From contig JAVCBU010000003.1 in NCBI GenBank assembly GCA_037917685.1, forward strand, positions 192,001-256,000: a DNA stretch of 64,000 nucleotides. The letters are read 5' to 3'. The stretch comes from Thermoproteota archaeon (GTDB taxonomy: Archaea; Korarchaeota; Korarchaeia; Korarchaeales; JAOZGB01). Positions within the stretch are counted from its first letter, which is position 1; each line of letters opens with the position of its first letter. The position numbers and the translations under genes are program-made. Below, in pieces: positions 18,925-28,416 of the stretch. The notes beneath the pieces were generated by a model. It did not search any database. It had not been told where the DNA came from and saw only the letters and a list, made by a program, of their open reading frames with translations.

Positions 18925-19703
18925 TACTCTATGCCTACATAGCTTCAGCGCTTGCAGGGATACTATGCGGGTCTACAGGCGTTCTGGCGTCTAAGCTGGG
19001 TCTGAGGACTGTAGCGTTCTCTATGTCCCATGCAGCCATGGCAGGGGCGGCAGTAGGCCTGTATGCAGGTCTAAACCCGGAAGCTGTGGCATTCGCACTT
19101 GCAGCAGCCACGGCCGTAGCGCTAGGGCCGCTAGCTGAACACTCTAGGATACCTTCAGAGCTTGTGTCTATGGCCCTATTCTCAGGCTACACGGCGATGG
19201 CCTTTATATTCACCTACCTGTCACCTGGGACAGCCCTCTCAACAAGAACCCTTTCACTTGTATTTTGGGGAAGCGTACTCGCGGTAACCCAAGGCTATAT
19301 AATCCTATTATTAGCATCGATAATTTCTATAGCCTTTCTCCTAGTGGCGTTCTGGCCGCAGTTCTCAACAATATTCTTCGACAGGAAAATAGCTGAGGCT
19401 GAGGGGATAAACACAAAAGCGTATATTTACATGGCAACCATAATCACAGGGGTAACAGTAATACTGATCCTGAAGCTTGTGGGGGGATTTCTGGTTTTCT
19501 CTCTATTGTACACGCCGGCAGCAGCATCAATAAAGGTAGGCCGAACCCTAAAAAGAATGGTCTTATCGGCAGCCCTATTGGGGTCACTCTCAGGAGTGAT
19601 AGGGGTGACGATAAGCCTCCTAGCAGATCTCCCAGTAGGGGCATGTATCTCCCTGTCTTCAACGATGACACTTCTTACCGTCATGTTTAAACAGTCAAAA
19701 TAA
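18909..19703 (+). CDS. metal ABC transporter permease (ZnuB-like)
   Basis: MSHAAMAG, FWGSVLAV, FDRKIAEAEGI, DLPVGA. Confidence 0.9.
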   Translation: MPWTLILYAYIASALAGILCGSTGVLASKLGLRTVAFSMSHAAMAGAAVGLYAGLNPEAVAFALAAATAVALGPLAEHSRIPSELVSMALFSGYTAMAFIFTYLSPGTALSTRTLSLVFWGSVLAVTQGYIILLLASIISIAFLLVAFWPQFSTIFFDRKIAEAEGINTKAYIYMATIITGVTVILILKLVGGFLVFSLLYTPAAASIKVGRTLKRMVLSAALLGSLSGVIGVTISLLADLPVGACISLSSTMTLLTVMFKQSK

Positions 19704-19781
19704 TGCTAAGCCCTCATAAATAAGGGATTCGTCTCAAAATAGACTATTCTCATGGTTTACACATTCAACATGAGTGGGCAG

Positions 19782-19803
19782 ATTTTGTGAATATACAAGA
19801 AAT
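19782..19803. promoter_or_regulatory. palindromic operator, degenerate copy
   Basis: ATTTTGTG-AATATA-CAAGAAAT directly upstream of a TATA-like TATTATTA. Confidence 0.5.
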
Positions 19804-19835
19804 ATTATTAGTGTTTCTGTACTATACCTAGTAGG

Positions 19836-20771
19836 ATGGGCGTAGTTTTTGGCCCTGTTCCATCCCGGAGACTCGGGAGGTCTCTTGGAGTTAATAATAT
19901 CCCATCGAAGCATTGCACCTATTCCTGCATATACTGCCAGCTTGGAATAACAAAGAAGATAACCATAGATAGGAGAGGCTTCTACAAGCCCGAAGACATC
20001 GCCCTAGAGGTAGCTAAAAGAATCGAAACTATTCGGGACGGAGTCGAATACGTAACATTTGTATCTGACGGTGAGCCCACCCTAGATGTAAACCTGTCTA
20101 AAACAGTCAAGCTCATAAGGGAGATTACAGACAAACCCCTAGCAATACTTTCCAACGCATCTCTAATATGGATGCCCGAAGTGAGCAAAGACTTACAACT
20201 ATTTGATCTGGTTTCCCTAAAGCTTGATTCAACCATAAAGGAGGTCTGGCGTCGAATTAACAGGCCCCACCCAGATCTAAATCTGCTAAAAATCCTTGAG
20301 GGGGTGGAAAAATTCCAGAAAGAGTTCGAGAAAAGCCTAATATTTGAGGTCATGCTTGTTAAAGGAGTAAATGACACCTTGGAAAACGCTAGGTCTGTGT
20401 CATCCTATCTTTCAAGCTTAAAATTTGAAAAGGTATACATTGCGGTCCCAACAAGGCCTCCTACACTTCCGTGGGTCAAGCCGCCGGACACAGCTAGGTT
20501 TAATATTTTCTACGGAGTGCTCAGGGATACGCTAGGGCCAGAAATGGTTGATACTCTTGTAAAAAGCGAGGGACCCGACTTTTACATATCACAGAACGTT
20601 GAAGACGAAATACTGTCTATAGTGAGAGTTCATCCGCTTAGAGAAGACTATGCGTCTTTATTGATAAGAAGGCGTGGTGGAAATCCTGAAATAATAATTA
20701 GAAAAATGGTGGAGGAAGGTAAAGTCAGGATAAAAACCTACCAGGGATACAGATTCGTCCATGCAGCCTGA
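19836..20771 (+). CDS. radical SAM protein (COG0731-type)
   Basis: FGPVPSRRLGRSLG, CTYSCIYCQLG, DGEPTL. Confidence 0.9.
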   Translation: MGVVFGPVPSRRLGRSLGVNNIPSKHCTYSCIYCQLGITKKITIDRRGFYKPEDIALEVAKRIETIRDGVEYVTFVSDGEPTLDVNLSKTVKLIREITDKPLAILSNASLIWMPEVSKDLQLFDLVSLKLDSTIKEVWRRINRPHPDLNLLKILEGVEKFQKEFEKSLIFEVMLVKGVNDTLENARSVSSYLSSLKFEKVYIAVPTRPPTLPWVKPPDTARFNIFYGVLRDTLGPEMVDTLVKSEGPDFYISQNVEDEILSIVRVHPLREDYASLLIRRRGGNPEIIIRKMVEEGKVRIKTYQGYRFVHAA

Positions 20772-20803
20772 AGGTTCCAAGAAGCCCTTGCAAACCTTTA
20801 TTC

Positions 20804-21100
20804 TCACTTGCTTTCAAGCTCTCCTATCCTTTTCTCTATATTCTCAAGTAGGCTTTTGAGGTAGTCCCTCTGCTGCTTAAGAATTCGAAGCTCCGTTTCC
20901 TTTGGTAACATGCCGGTTGGATATGGTGTTGGAGGCGTCGTTACAGGTGGTGTAGCAGGCGGCGTGTATCCTGTTTTCCCCAGCCAGAATATTGGTGGGA
21001 GGCCTCCAGGACTCCTTCCAACCCACCCGGGGCTATATCCGAACCTCATCCAGCCTGGCAGTCCTGTTAAGTAGAACATGTTTCTATGTCTCCACCCCAT
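20804..21100 (-). CDS. DUF5320-like small protein
   Basis: WRHRNMFYLTGLPGWMRFG, Pro-rich linker, C-terminal coiled coil. Confidence 0.8.
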   Translation of the reverse strand: MGWRHRNMFYLTGLPGWMRFGYSPGWVGRSPGGLPPIFWLGKTGYTPPATPPVTTPPTPYPTGMLPKETELRILKQQRDYLKSLLENIEKRIGELESK

Positions 21101-21112
21101 GATACCACCATA

Positions 21113-21134
21113 TTTATGTGATATTGCTCAAAAA
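21113..21134. promoter_or_regulatory. palindromic operator, degenerate copy
   Basis: TTTATGTG-ATATTG-CTCAAAAA between the TATA box and ATG of the DUF5320-like gene. Confidence 0.55.
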
Positions 21135-21270
21135 TATAAAGCTTTTGAAATATGACCCTGCCTTTAAGAATCCTGGTATCATATGGAATCGGTTGAAATC
21201 TCATATAAGATTTCAACTTAAACCTCTTCACAATAATGCCTAACACAACACGTCTCCCATACCTCACGGG

Positions 21271-21292
21271 ATTTTGTGGTTTAACACAAAAT
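21271..21292. promoter_or_regulatory. palindromic operator, perfect arms
   Basis: ATTTTGTG-GTTTAA-CACAAAAT upstream of the second NifB/NifX gene. Confidence 0.72.
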
Positions 21293-21316
21293 TTTTAGGA
21301 GTGCCCAACCATACAC

Positions 21317-21763
21317 ATGTTTGGGATATCAGTGGAGAGAGTTGCTATAGCATCTCAGGGGCCTGGCGGGCTCAAATCTATAGTAGATTTTAGGTTTGCA
21401 AGATGCCCATACTACACCATAGTAGACGTCGAAGACGGGCGGATTGTGAAAGTTCAAGAGGTTCCAAACCCAAACGCGATGGCTGGCCATGGGGCCGGCA
21501 TAGCAGCAGCTCAGATGCTTCAGGTCATGGGTGTGTCCGCTATAATAGCAGGATCGGTGGGCCCCAACGCATATTCAGCGCTGAAAAACATGAATATCAA
21601 AGTTTATGCTGGGATATCGGGGATAACTGTGGAAGATGCCGTTCAGAAACTTATCAGGGGGGAAATTAGGCCTGCTGAATACCCGACTGGTCCAGGTCAT
21701 GCGGGCTTTCCAGCCGGCCGCTGGGTGGAGCGCGGTAGGGGAAGATGGAGGCAGCCTTACTAA
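21317..21763 (+). CDS. NifB/NifX family metallocluster-binding protein with G/R/W tail
   Basis: RFARCPYY, HGAGIAAAQ, GSVGPNA. Confidence 0.92.
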   Translation: MFGISVERVAIASQGPGGLKSIVDFRFARCPYYTIVDVEDGRIVKVQEVPNPNAMAGHGAGIAAAQMLQVMGVSAIIAGSVGPNAYSALKNMNIKVYAGISGITVEDAVQKLIRGEIRPAEYPTGPGHAGFPAGRWVERGRGRWRQPY

Positions 21764-21886
21764 ATGTTGCACGCCTATTACGCGCTCTAATTTGAACGTG
21801 CTAGCCCTAAACTGAAAAAGGCCATAGGGTTCCACCTAGGTAGTAAGTTTTATTTTGATGTAACATTAAATTATATATGGTGTGTA

Positions 21887-22243
21887 ATGAATCTTCCCAG
21901 CAAGGTTGTTGACGAGCTAATAAACATTGCCGAGGAAGCCTTAAACCTCCCTAGGTCGGCCAAGTCTATCCTAAAACTACTATTCGATGAGGGAGAGGCA
22001 ACCATCGTGAAGATAGTTAGATCCACAAGGATATCCAGGAAGACGGTTCATGAGCATCTTAAGAGGATGCGGAGAATAGGATTAGTAGTCAGGAGGCCAT
22101 CAGAGGTCGGGGGACGGCTTCTCTACGTCTACTCAACACCCCCAGCTACGGCTGTGATAGGCCTTTTGAAAAGGGTACTCCTAGAAAGGCTCAGGACTCT
22201 TGAGGAGATTGAGAGGGTTCTTGGGGGTGTTGAGGGTGGGTAG
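21887..22243 (+). CDS. TrmB/ArsR-like HTH transcriptional regulator
   Basis: ISRKTVHEHLKRM..IGLV.R, GRLLYVY. Confidence 0.8.
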   Translation: MNLPSKVVDELINIAEEALNLPRSAKSILKLLFDEGEATIVKIVRSTRISRKTVHEHLKRMRRIGLVVRRPSEVGGRLLYVYSTPPATAVIGLLKRVLLERLRTLEEIERVLGGVEGG

Positions 22244-23666
22244 CCTGACAGGTGCTGTGGGCACATTTCAGAGGCTTATCGAAAACCCCCTGTCGAGAAA
22301 GCTTCTGAAATATACAGCCAGCTACTGTAGCAGGGACCGGGGGAGCAGGCTCGATGTGGCGCTTAGAATATACTCAGGGATACTAAGACCTGAAGATGCA
22401 TGTGTGAAGTGCAGGCTAACATCGAAGGCTGTCTCCAGGATTGTTGAAAGGGGTGCGAAGGCTTTCGGGGCAGACCTGGAGGAGGTTAGGGCAAGGCTTA
22501 GAGATTCCTATTGGAGGAGAGCCTTGGTTAATGTGGTTGAGGGCCTATCCTACTTTGGAGTTAAAAAGCCCTTCATCCCGGGTGCACCCTTCCTGGTGGT
22601 CTGGGATGTCACGTACGCCTGCAACCTGAGATGTAAGCATTGTTACGCCAACGCTGGGAAGCCTCTTAGCGACGAGCTTAGCACTGAGGAGGCAAAGAGG
22701 GTGATCGACATTCTTGATAAGGCTGGCGTAGTATCCATAGCGTGGTCTGGGGGAGAGCCCCTTGTAAGGCCTGACATATTTGAACTCTCAAAGTATGCCG
22801 CTGACAAGGGCATCTACGTTGCCATGGCTACGAATGGGACTCTTATAACCGAAGAGACCGCCGATAAGCTTATGGCTTCGGGTGTAAGGTTCCTCCAGAT
22901 AAGCCTCGACGGTGCCGACGCTAAGACTCATGACGAGTTCAGGGGTGTCCCTGGATCCTGGAGTAGGGCTGTAAGGGGGATAAAGATTGCTGTCAAGAAG
23001 GGGTTCTTCGTAAACGTTTCGACAACTGTGACCAGGTACAACCTGGGTGAGGTTCCAAGGATAATAGAACTTTGCAACTCCATTGGGGTTCAGTGGTTCA
23101 TGATGTACAACTTCATACCTACTGGGAGAGGCCTATTCATATGCGAGGAGGATATAAGCCCTGAGGAGAGGGAGAAACTTCTAAAGCTCCTGTGGAGGAT
23201 GCTCAAGGAGAGCGGCGGAATGAAGACTAGAGTGCTAAGCACCGCCCCACAGCTTGCGAGAGTAGCCCTATCAGAGGAGGGCGTCAACGTGATTCTCCCG
23301 ACACACTTCTACAATGCCAAGCTTGGGCGGAAGCTCAGCGGCCTAGCAGACTTCATAGGTGGATGCGGAGCTGGAAGATTCTACTTCGGCCTATGGCCGA
23401 ACGGTGACATGAGACCATGCGTCTTTTTCCCCATGAAGATAGGCAACATACTGGAGATAGGAGACGAATTCAAGGAGTGGTGGATATCAAACCAGGTCCT
23501 ACAAGAGCTGAGAGACAAGGACATGCTCCAGGAGCCATGTGGCTCCTGCAGGTTCAGATATGTATGCGGAGGCTGTAGGGCGAGGGCCTATGGCTACTAC
23601 GGAGACTACATGGCACCGGATCCGGGTTGCATCCTAGTTTCGAGGAGGCCGGCCTTGCAAAGCTAG
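22236..23666 (+). CDS. radical SAM/SPASM-domain protein (PqqE/Ahb/NirJ-like)
   Basis: CNLRCKHCY, GGEP, GCGAGR..PC, CGSC...CGGCRARA..DPGC; GTG start overlaps the regulator stop. Confidence 0.9.
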   Translation: MGSLTGAVGTFQRLIENPLSRKLLKYTASYCSRDRGSRLDVALRIYSGILRPEDACVKCRLTSKAVSRIVERGAKAFGADLEEVRARLRDSYWRRALVNVVEGLSYFGVKKPFIPGAPFLVVWDVTYACNLRCKHCYANAGKPLSDELSTEEAKRVIDILDKAGVVSIAWSGGEPLVRPDIFELSKYAADKGIYVAMATNGTLITEETADKLMASGVRFLQISLDGADAKTHDEFRGVPGSWSRAVRGIKIAVKKGFFVNVSTTVTRYNLGEVPRIIELCNSIGVQWFMMYNFIPTGRGLFICEEDISPEEREKLLKLLWRMLKESGGMKTRVLSTAPQLARVALSEEGVNVILPTHFYNAKLGRKLSGLADFIGGCGAGRFYFGLWPNGDMRPCVFFPMKIGNILEIGDEFKEWWISNQVLQELRDKDMLQEPCGSCRFRYVCGGCRARAYGYYGDYMAPDPGCILVSRRPALQS

Positions 23667-23692
23667 CGCAACACAGCCCATGAGCATCTACG

Positions 23693-24058
23693 CTACAGGT
23701 TAGAATAACCATCTTCCTCACCCCTAACCCTAACATTGCCTGCTGGGACAATGTATATTTCCCTGCCCTCGACTATAGCTGTCGCTATTTTACGTCTTGC
23801 ACTCTCCAGGAGCCGCCACACAGTGCCCCTTGACACACCCATCCTTTCAGCTATCTCATCCTGCTTCAGGCCAAGCACGTCTGAAAGTCTCAAAGCCTCA
23901 TACTCATCATAGCTAAGGTACACCGGAAGCGAGGGCTCCCTTCCAGGCGGGAGTGAAGGCTGGAAATGCTTGACTATGGGCGTGGCTTCTATTATCCTAG
24001 GCTTCACAGGCCTCCCTGGGCCCCGTCTCCTCCTTCTCCTGGGTCCCCCCCTGAACAT
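23693..24058 (-). CDS. DUF134 (UPF0251) HTH protein
   Basis: GRPVKPR, DEYEALRLSD, Q.EIAERMGVSRGT..R.LESARRKIATAIVEG. Confidence 0.92.
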   Translation of the reverse strand: MFRGGPRRRRRRGPGRPVKPRIIEATPIVKHFQPSLPPGREPSLPVYLSYDEYEALRLSDVLGLKQDEIAERMGVSRGTVWRLLESARRKIATAIVEGREIYIVPAGNVRVRGEEDGYSNL

Positions 24059-24120
24059 TTAAGAGAGAAATGGAGCCAAACCTATATAAGAATTGCTAAA
24101 CTAAATTGTAAGTAATTCCC

Positions 24121-25308
24121 TCAGTAGCCTAAACCTCCGGTGTATGATGAGTGTTCACTTTCAGTGAATCTCTCTAGCAGCCTAACATGGCTCTCCGGCA
24201 TTGCCTTAGTATCTATAGGCACTATAACTGTTACATTATAGTATCCTGCGATATCGACGATCGAGTTCAAAAGCTTGGCTGTCTCATCGAACCCGTTGTA
24301 AAGGATAAGATATTCCAATCCGTCCAGAAGTATTACACTTCTCTCATGTTTACTTGCAAATGCTTCTATTGATGCTTTAAGCCTTGAGAGATGCGTTGGG
24401 GGTATACTGCTTTCATCCTTCACTTCTGAGAGCCAGATTACCTTAACACCTGGGAATCTCCTGCGAATATCTTGAGGCGTCAGCCTAGTAATACAGAGGC
24501 CTGGAATACCGAGGGAGTGTATTTCCTTGAATAGTTGGAGAGCCCTCTCTATAGTAGGGTCGTGGAAGATGTTAACCCTCCCTATCATTCTCTTGAGAGC
24601 CGGCTCTAGCTCTACAAGGGAAGCAGGCTTAACTAACCTAAGACTGTTACCCTTAGAGAGCTTGTACAATATGATTAATGCGGGAATAAACAGCGTAGAG
24701 TATGAAGTCACAGCGTATATACTGGGTGGGTAGAAACGTTCAATGACAGCCACGCTTACAAAAGCTGTTGCTACAGCGAAGATTACACCTAAATATTTTA
24801 CTCTATATTCTCCTCCTCTGAAAAGGTCGTAGACTAAAAGTCCGATAATACAAGCACAAATTACCAGCTCTAAGATCCTGAGGTACTCTGAATATGCGCC
24901 AAACTCTGCTATAAGAATCTTAGAACCAGTTATAGTGGTTATTGTTATGGGATCCGGGTCCAGCTCGCCAGATAGGTACAGCAGTAATACGTAGATAGGC
25001 GGAAAATACACAGGTATATATAAGAGCTTTGGAGGACAGGGGACAGAGCTGATAGATATAACATAGTGGAACAGGGTGGAGATGCCTGTGAACAGAAGGA
25101 TCAAGAGTGAGACAGCCAGGAATACTGTTAGTTTCTCGTCCATGATGTAGATATAAATTGTCTCAACAGCCGATAGAAGAGCTGAAACGGCAAATATAAA
25201 GGATTTAATCCTTTCACATGAAGCAGCACTTATTTCAAGACTTCTTTTTAAGAAATACACCGATAAGAACCCGGTAAAAAGCGTTGATGCAATTATGTAG
25301 ATTGACAT
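24121..25308 (-). CDS. DUF835-domain membrane protein
   Basis: About 7 TM N-terminus plus GLCITR, VIWLS, ILLDGLEYLILYNGF. Confidence 0.88.
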   Translation of the reverse strand: MSIYIIASTLFTGFLSVYFLKRSLEISAASCERIKSFIFAVSALLSAVETIYIYIMDEKLTVFLAVSLLILLFTGISTLFHYVISISSVPCPPKLLYIPVYFPPIYVLLLYLSGELDPDPITITTITGSKILIAEFGAYSEYLRILELVICACIIGLLVYDLFRGGEYRVKYLGVIFAVATAFVSVAVIERFYPPSIYAVTSYSTLFIPALIILYKLSKGNSLRLVKPASLVELEPALKRMIGRVNIFHDPTIERALQLFKEIHSLGIPGLCITRLTPQDIRRRFPGVKVIWLSEVKDESSIPPTHLSRLKASIEAFASKHERSVILLDGLEYLILYNGFDETAKLLNSIVDIAGYYNVTVIVPIDTKAMPESHVRLLERFTESEHSSYTGGLGY

Positions 25309-25369
25309 TGAATTGTAATGGACATTGAGATTTTATAATATAACTGAATCGTCGACCATGTTTATACAC

Positions 25370-26512
25370 TTATAGTTCCTTCAAAAACTTCTTCAATAAA
25401 GCTAACTCCCTTCCTGCAACCGTCCTGGGATCTATGGGCACCAGTACGACTGATTTATATTTTAATGCTATATCTGCCAACCCATTTAGAAACTTTATAG
25501 TCTGCTCGAAGCCGTTGAAAAGAATTAGGGACTCCACGTTATCAATCATTACAACTCTTCCACCGGCTTTCAGGAAGCTTTCAACGATATCTTTGATCCT
25601 AGCTAGGTGAGTAAGGGGGATGGAACGCTCCACTCCAAGGGTTGAAATCCAAACTACATTGTTCGTGCCGCATCTTCTAACTGAGGCTTCAGGCATCCGT
25701 TTCGAGATGCACAGCCCTTCCAAACCTTGGTTTAACAGTTTTTTAAACAGCCTTAGGCTTCTAAGCCTGTTAGGGTCTTCAATTATATATGTAGCGCCTG
25801 GTTCAACCTCTTCTATCTCCCTCTCCGCAAATTCCAGTTTTGAAAAGCCTACTCTCTTAGAAACACTGTATAGAACTATCCATCCTGGGATTGCAAGAGT
25901 GGAGATGGAGCAAACCTTGTAGACACCAACAACAGGGTAAAGTAGCCTGAATACCAAGCAGCCCATATTTATCGGTAGTATTGATATGAAAACAGCAATG
26001 TACATTTTCCTACTACGGCCTTTCTCCTTAAGAATCCCTCTAAAAAGCGTGAGATATATAATAAAACCGTAAATCATAAGTAGAATCTCGAAGGGAACCT
26101 GGAACCTCCCCCCGGTAACAGCTGTGAACTCCCCTCCATATAGGCTAGTAACCCTCACGACAGTGGGATGCAGGTCTAAAGTGAACATCAACACTGCTAA
26201 GAATATGGGTGGAACATACATAGGAATAGTCCACAGAAGGTTCACAAAACCATAGATCAGAAGAGTCACATAGTGGAGGAGAATTGAACAGTTCAAAAAG
26301 AAAATCAGTAGTAGAGATAACCCGGTTATTTCAACGACACTCTTATTTTGGGAGGCCAACATTATACCTTCAATGATTGAGCCTAAAGCTGCCGAAAGGA
26401 ACCATGCCGTTGCTACCCTCCTATACGGCTCGTGTCCCTCACTGTGAGCTTTGTATCCTAGATACCCGGAGAACAGGCTTGATATAAAGTTTAGTGGAAG
26501 TACTATAATCAT
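25370..26512 (-). CDS. DUF835-domain membrane protein (tandem paralog)
   Basis: About 7 TM plus GLCISKR, VVWIS, IDNVESLILFNGF. Confidence 0.88.
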   Translation of the reverse strand: MIIVLPLNFISSLFSGYLGYKAHSEGHEPYRRVATAWFLSAALGSIIEGIMLASQNKSVVEITGLSLLLIFFLNCSILLHYVTLLIYGFVNLLWTIPMYVPPIFLAVLMFTLDLHPTVVRVTSLYGGEFTAVTGGRFQVPFEILLMIYGFIIYLTLFRGILKEKGRSRKMYIAVFISILPINMGCLVFRLLYPVVGVYKVCSISTLAIPGWIVLYSVSKRVGFSKLEFAEREIEEVEPGATYIIEDPNRLRSLRLFKKLLNQGLEGLCISKRMPEASVRRCGTNNVVWISTLGVERSIPLTHLARIKDIVESFLKAGGRVVMIDNVESLILFNGFEQTIKFLNGLADIALKYKSVVLVPIDPRTVAGRELALLKKFLKEL

Positions 26513-26578
26513 AGTTAGGTAACATATTATATTAAGCCTATTCCTATTTTAAATCTTGGCAAGCATCATTAAGACACA

Positions 26579-27208
26579 CTGAGGACATCCCTAAAAGTCT
26601 CTTTACCCTTTCTAACACTTATAATCCTACCACAGTTGTCTCTAACTGCTGAACCGCTAGGAGATGTTGAAGATCCAACAACCTTCATAGTATCCACTAA
26701 GTATCCTAGAAGCCATATTAGGCTTTTCGCTTTGGATGCGTGCATGGGGGATGGCGGGAACACCCGGAGGATACGTTGCCGCAGAATTCATTGTTGAAAC
26801 CTTGATAGGTGTGGACTAAGGTCGATGGATGAGTAGTAAGTTATGAAATATTCTATGTGGACTGCTAGTATATCGTATAAATATGAATGTAGCGTGTGAA
26901 GATGTATCCAAGGAATCTATTATGAAGATATAAGCGTTTGCAGAGGTATACATGTCATACCCGCAGGCTATAATACTCCCTAGAGGTGCTTTTCGATAAT
27001 GTGGACAGCTGTAGCTATAGCTTCCTCAACGAGTGGGTGCACTCTGATTGTTGATGGTTGCACTAGGTGTGGCGGTCTTGCTGTAGCAATGCTTATATGT
27101 GATGGTGTTAGTATAAGTGTAAGATTAATAGTTGCATACTGGGCTGATGTTAGCCGGGACGGTGTGGTTGGCGATGGAGAGTACACGATCCTATGGAGCA
27201 AGCCCTGA
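26579..27208 (+). pseudogene. decayed secreted M28-peptidase/S-layer-domain gene
   Basis: Broken frames give a signal-peptide-like start, AGTPGGYVAAEFIVETL (M28 N-terminus-like) and GCTRCGG...WADVSRDGVVGDGE (S-layer-like tail). Confidence 0.5.
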
Positions 27209-27542
27209 AATAACAGGTATTATAGTGGAGAAAAGCGTGAAAATAGGGGATACAATAAACATAGTGGTTTCTTATAGGGCGAGGGACGAGGGGAGGGGAG
27301 TAAAATACTTCTACTGGCTGAGCCTTACAGGAGTTAAGGAGAGAGGCGTAGAATCGGAGGCCACAACACACCAGTTCAGAGTATCACTGCCGGTAACACG
27401 GGAACTTGCAAGTCTTCTCCTAAAAGGAGAGACACTAAAGTTATTTGGTTTCGCGTCAATCACAACTATAAAGCCTGAGGACTTCCAGGTACAATATGTA
27501 AAAAGGCTAAACTTCGAGGTAAAACTTGAAAATGTCCTTTAA
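27132..27542 (+). CDS. hypothetical protein
   Basis: 136-aa ORF whose end overlaps the PHP gene start; true start uncertain. Confidence 0.45.
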   Translation: MHTGLMLAGTVWLAMESTRSYGASPEITGIIVEKSVKIGDTINIVVSYRARDEGRGVKYFYWLSLTGVKERGVESEATTHQFRVSLPVTRELASLLLKGETLKLFGFASITTIKPEDFQVQYVKRLNFEVKLENVL

Positions 27543-28368
27543 AATAGATCTTCACACGCATACTACAGCTTCAGATGGCATACTCACACCTAGGGAAATA
27601 GTGAGGCTTGCGGCCAGGCTTAAAGTAGAATATCTTGGAATAACAGACCACGACACAACCCTAGGGTTGAAAGAAGCGTTAGAGGAGGCGAGGAATTGGG
27701 ATGTAGAAGTAGTACCAGGGGTTGAGCTAAGCGTTGAATGGCCCACTGGTGAAATGCACATTCTAGGCTACTACGTCCCACCGGAAGGAGGAAGGCTTGA
27801 AGAAAAACTGGAGGAACTGAGGGAAGACAGGAGGGCTAGGGTTGCAAGGATTATAGAAAAGCTCAAAGATCTGGGTATAATTTTAGATCTTGATGAAGTC
27901 TATGAGCTTGTAGGCGGGTCTGTGGGTAGACCGCACATAGCAAGGCTTATGGTAAGCAAGGGATACGTGTCAAGCGTTGAAGAGGCATTCGAGAAATACC
28001 TTAAAAGAGGAGCGCCAGCCTACGTTGAGAAACGCTGGCTTAAACCTTCCGAAGCCATAAGGCTTCTAAGAGAATGTGGTGCGATACCAGTTTTAGCTCA
28101 CCCTGTAACCCTAAACATTGGAACCTCAGAGCTAGACAACCTTATTTCTAAGTTGAAGGGCACGGGTCTCATGGGAGTCGAAGTCTACACACCTATACAC
28201 ACGGAAAGTCGAATAGCGGCCTACAAGGAGATCGCTGAAAAACACGGGCTAATCTGCACTGGTGGAACCGACTTCCACGGGGACCAGGATTCAGGGATAA
28301 GGCTTGCAATGATCGACGTCCCAATAGAATGTGTCAAGGCTTTGATGGATGCAAGAGCTAGAGCTTAG
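27526..28368 (+). CDS. PHP-domain phosphoesterase (TrpH/YciV-like)
   Basis: DLHTHTTASDG, ITDHD, GVELS, HILGY, GRPH, LAHP, GGTDFHG. Confidence 0.93.
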   Translation: MKMSFKIDLHTHTTASDGILTPREIVRLAARLKVEYLGITDHDTTLGLKEALEEARNWDVEVVPGVELSVEWPTGEMHILGYYVPPEGGRLEEKLEELREDRRARVARIIEKLKDLGIILDLDEVYELVGGSVGRPHIARLMVSKGYVSSVEEAFEKYLKRGAPAYVEKRWLKPSEAIRLLRECGAIPVLAHPVTLNIGTSELDNLISKLKGTGLMGVEVYTPIHTESRIAAYKEIAEKHGLICTGGTDFHGDQDSGIRLAMIDVPIECVKALMDARARA

Positions 28369-28416
28369 ACGTCATAATTTTAACTACTTGAGCCCCTATC
28401 TGAGTAGGGTTGAAAG

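Noticed and set aside
10649-21763. Nitrogen fixation inferred from NifB/NifX and P-loop ATPases
   Set aside because: No nifHDK; the ATPases are COG1149-type with ferredoxin inserts, not NifH
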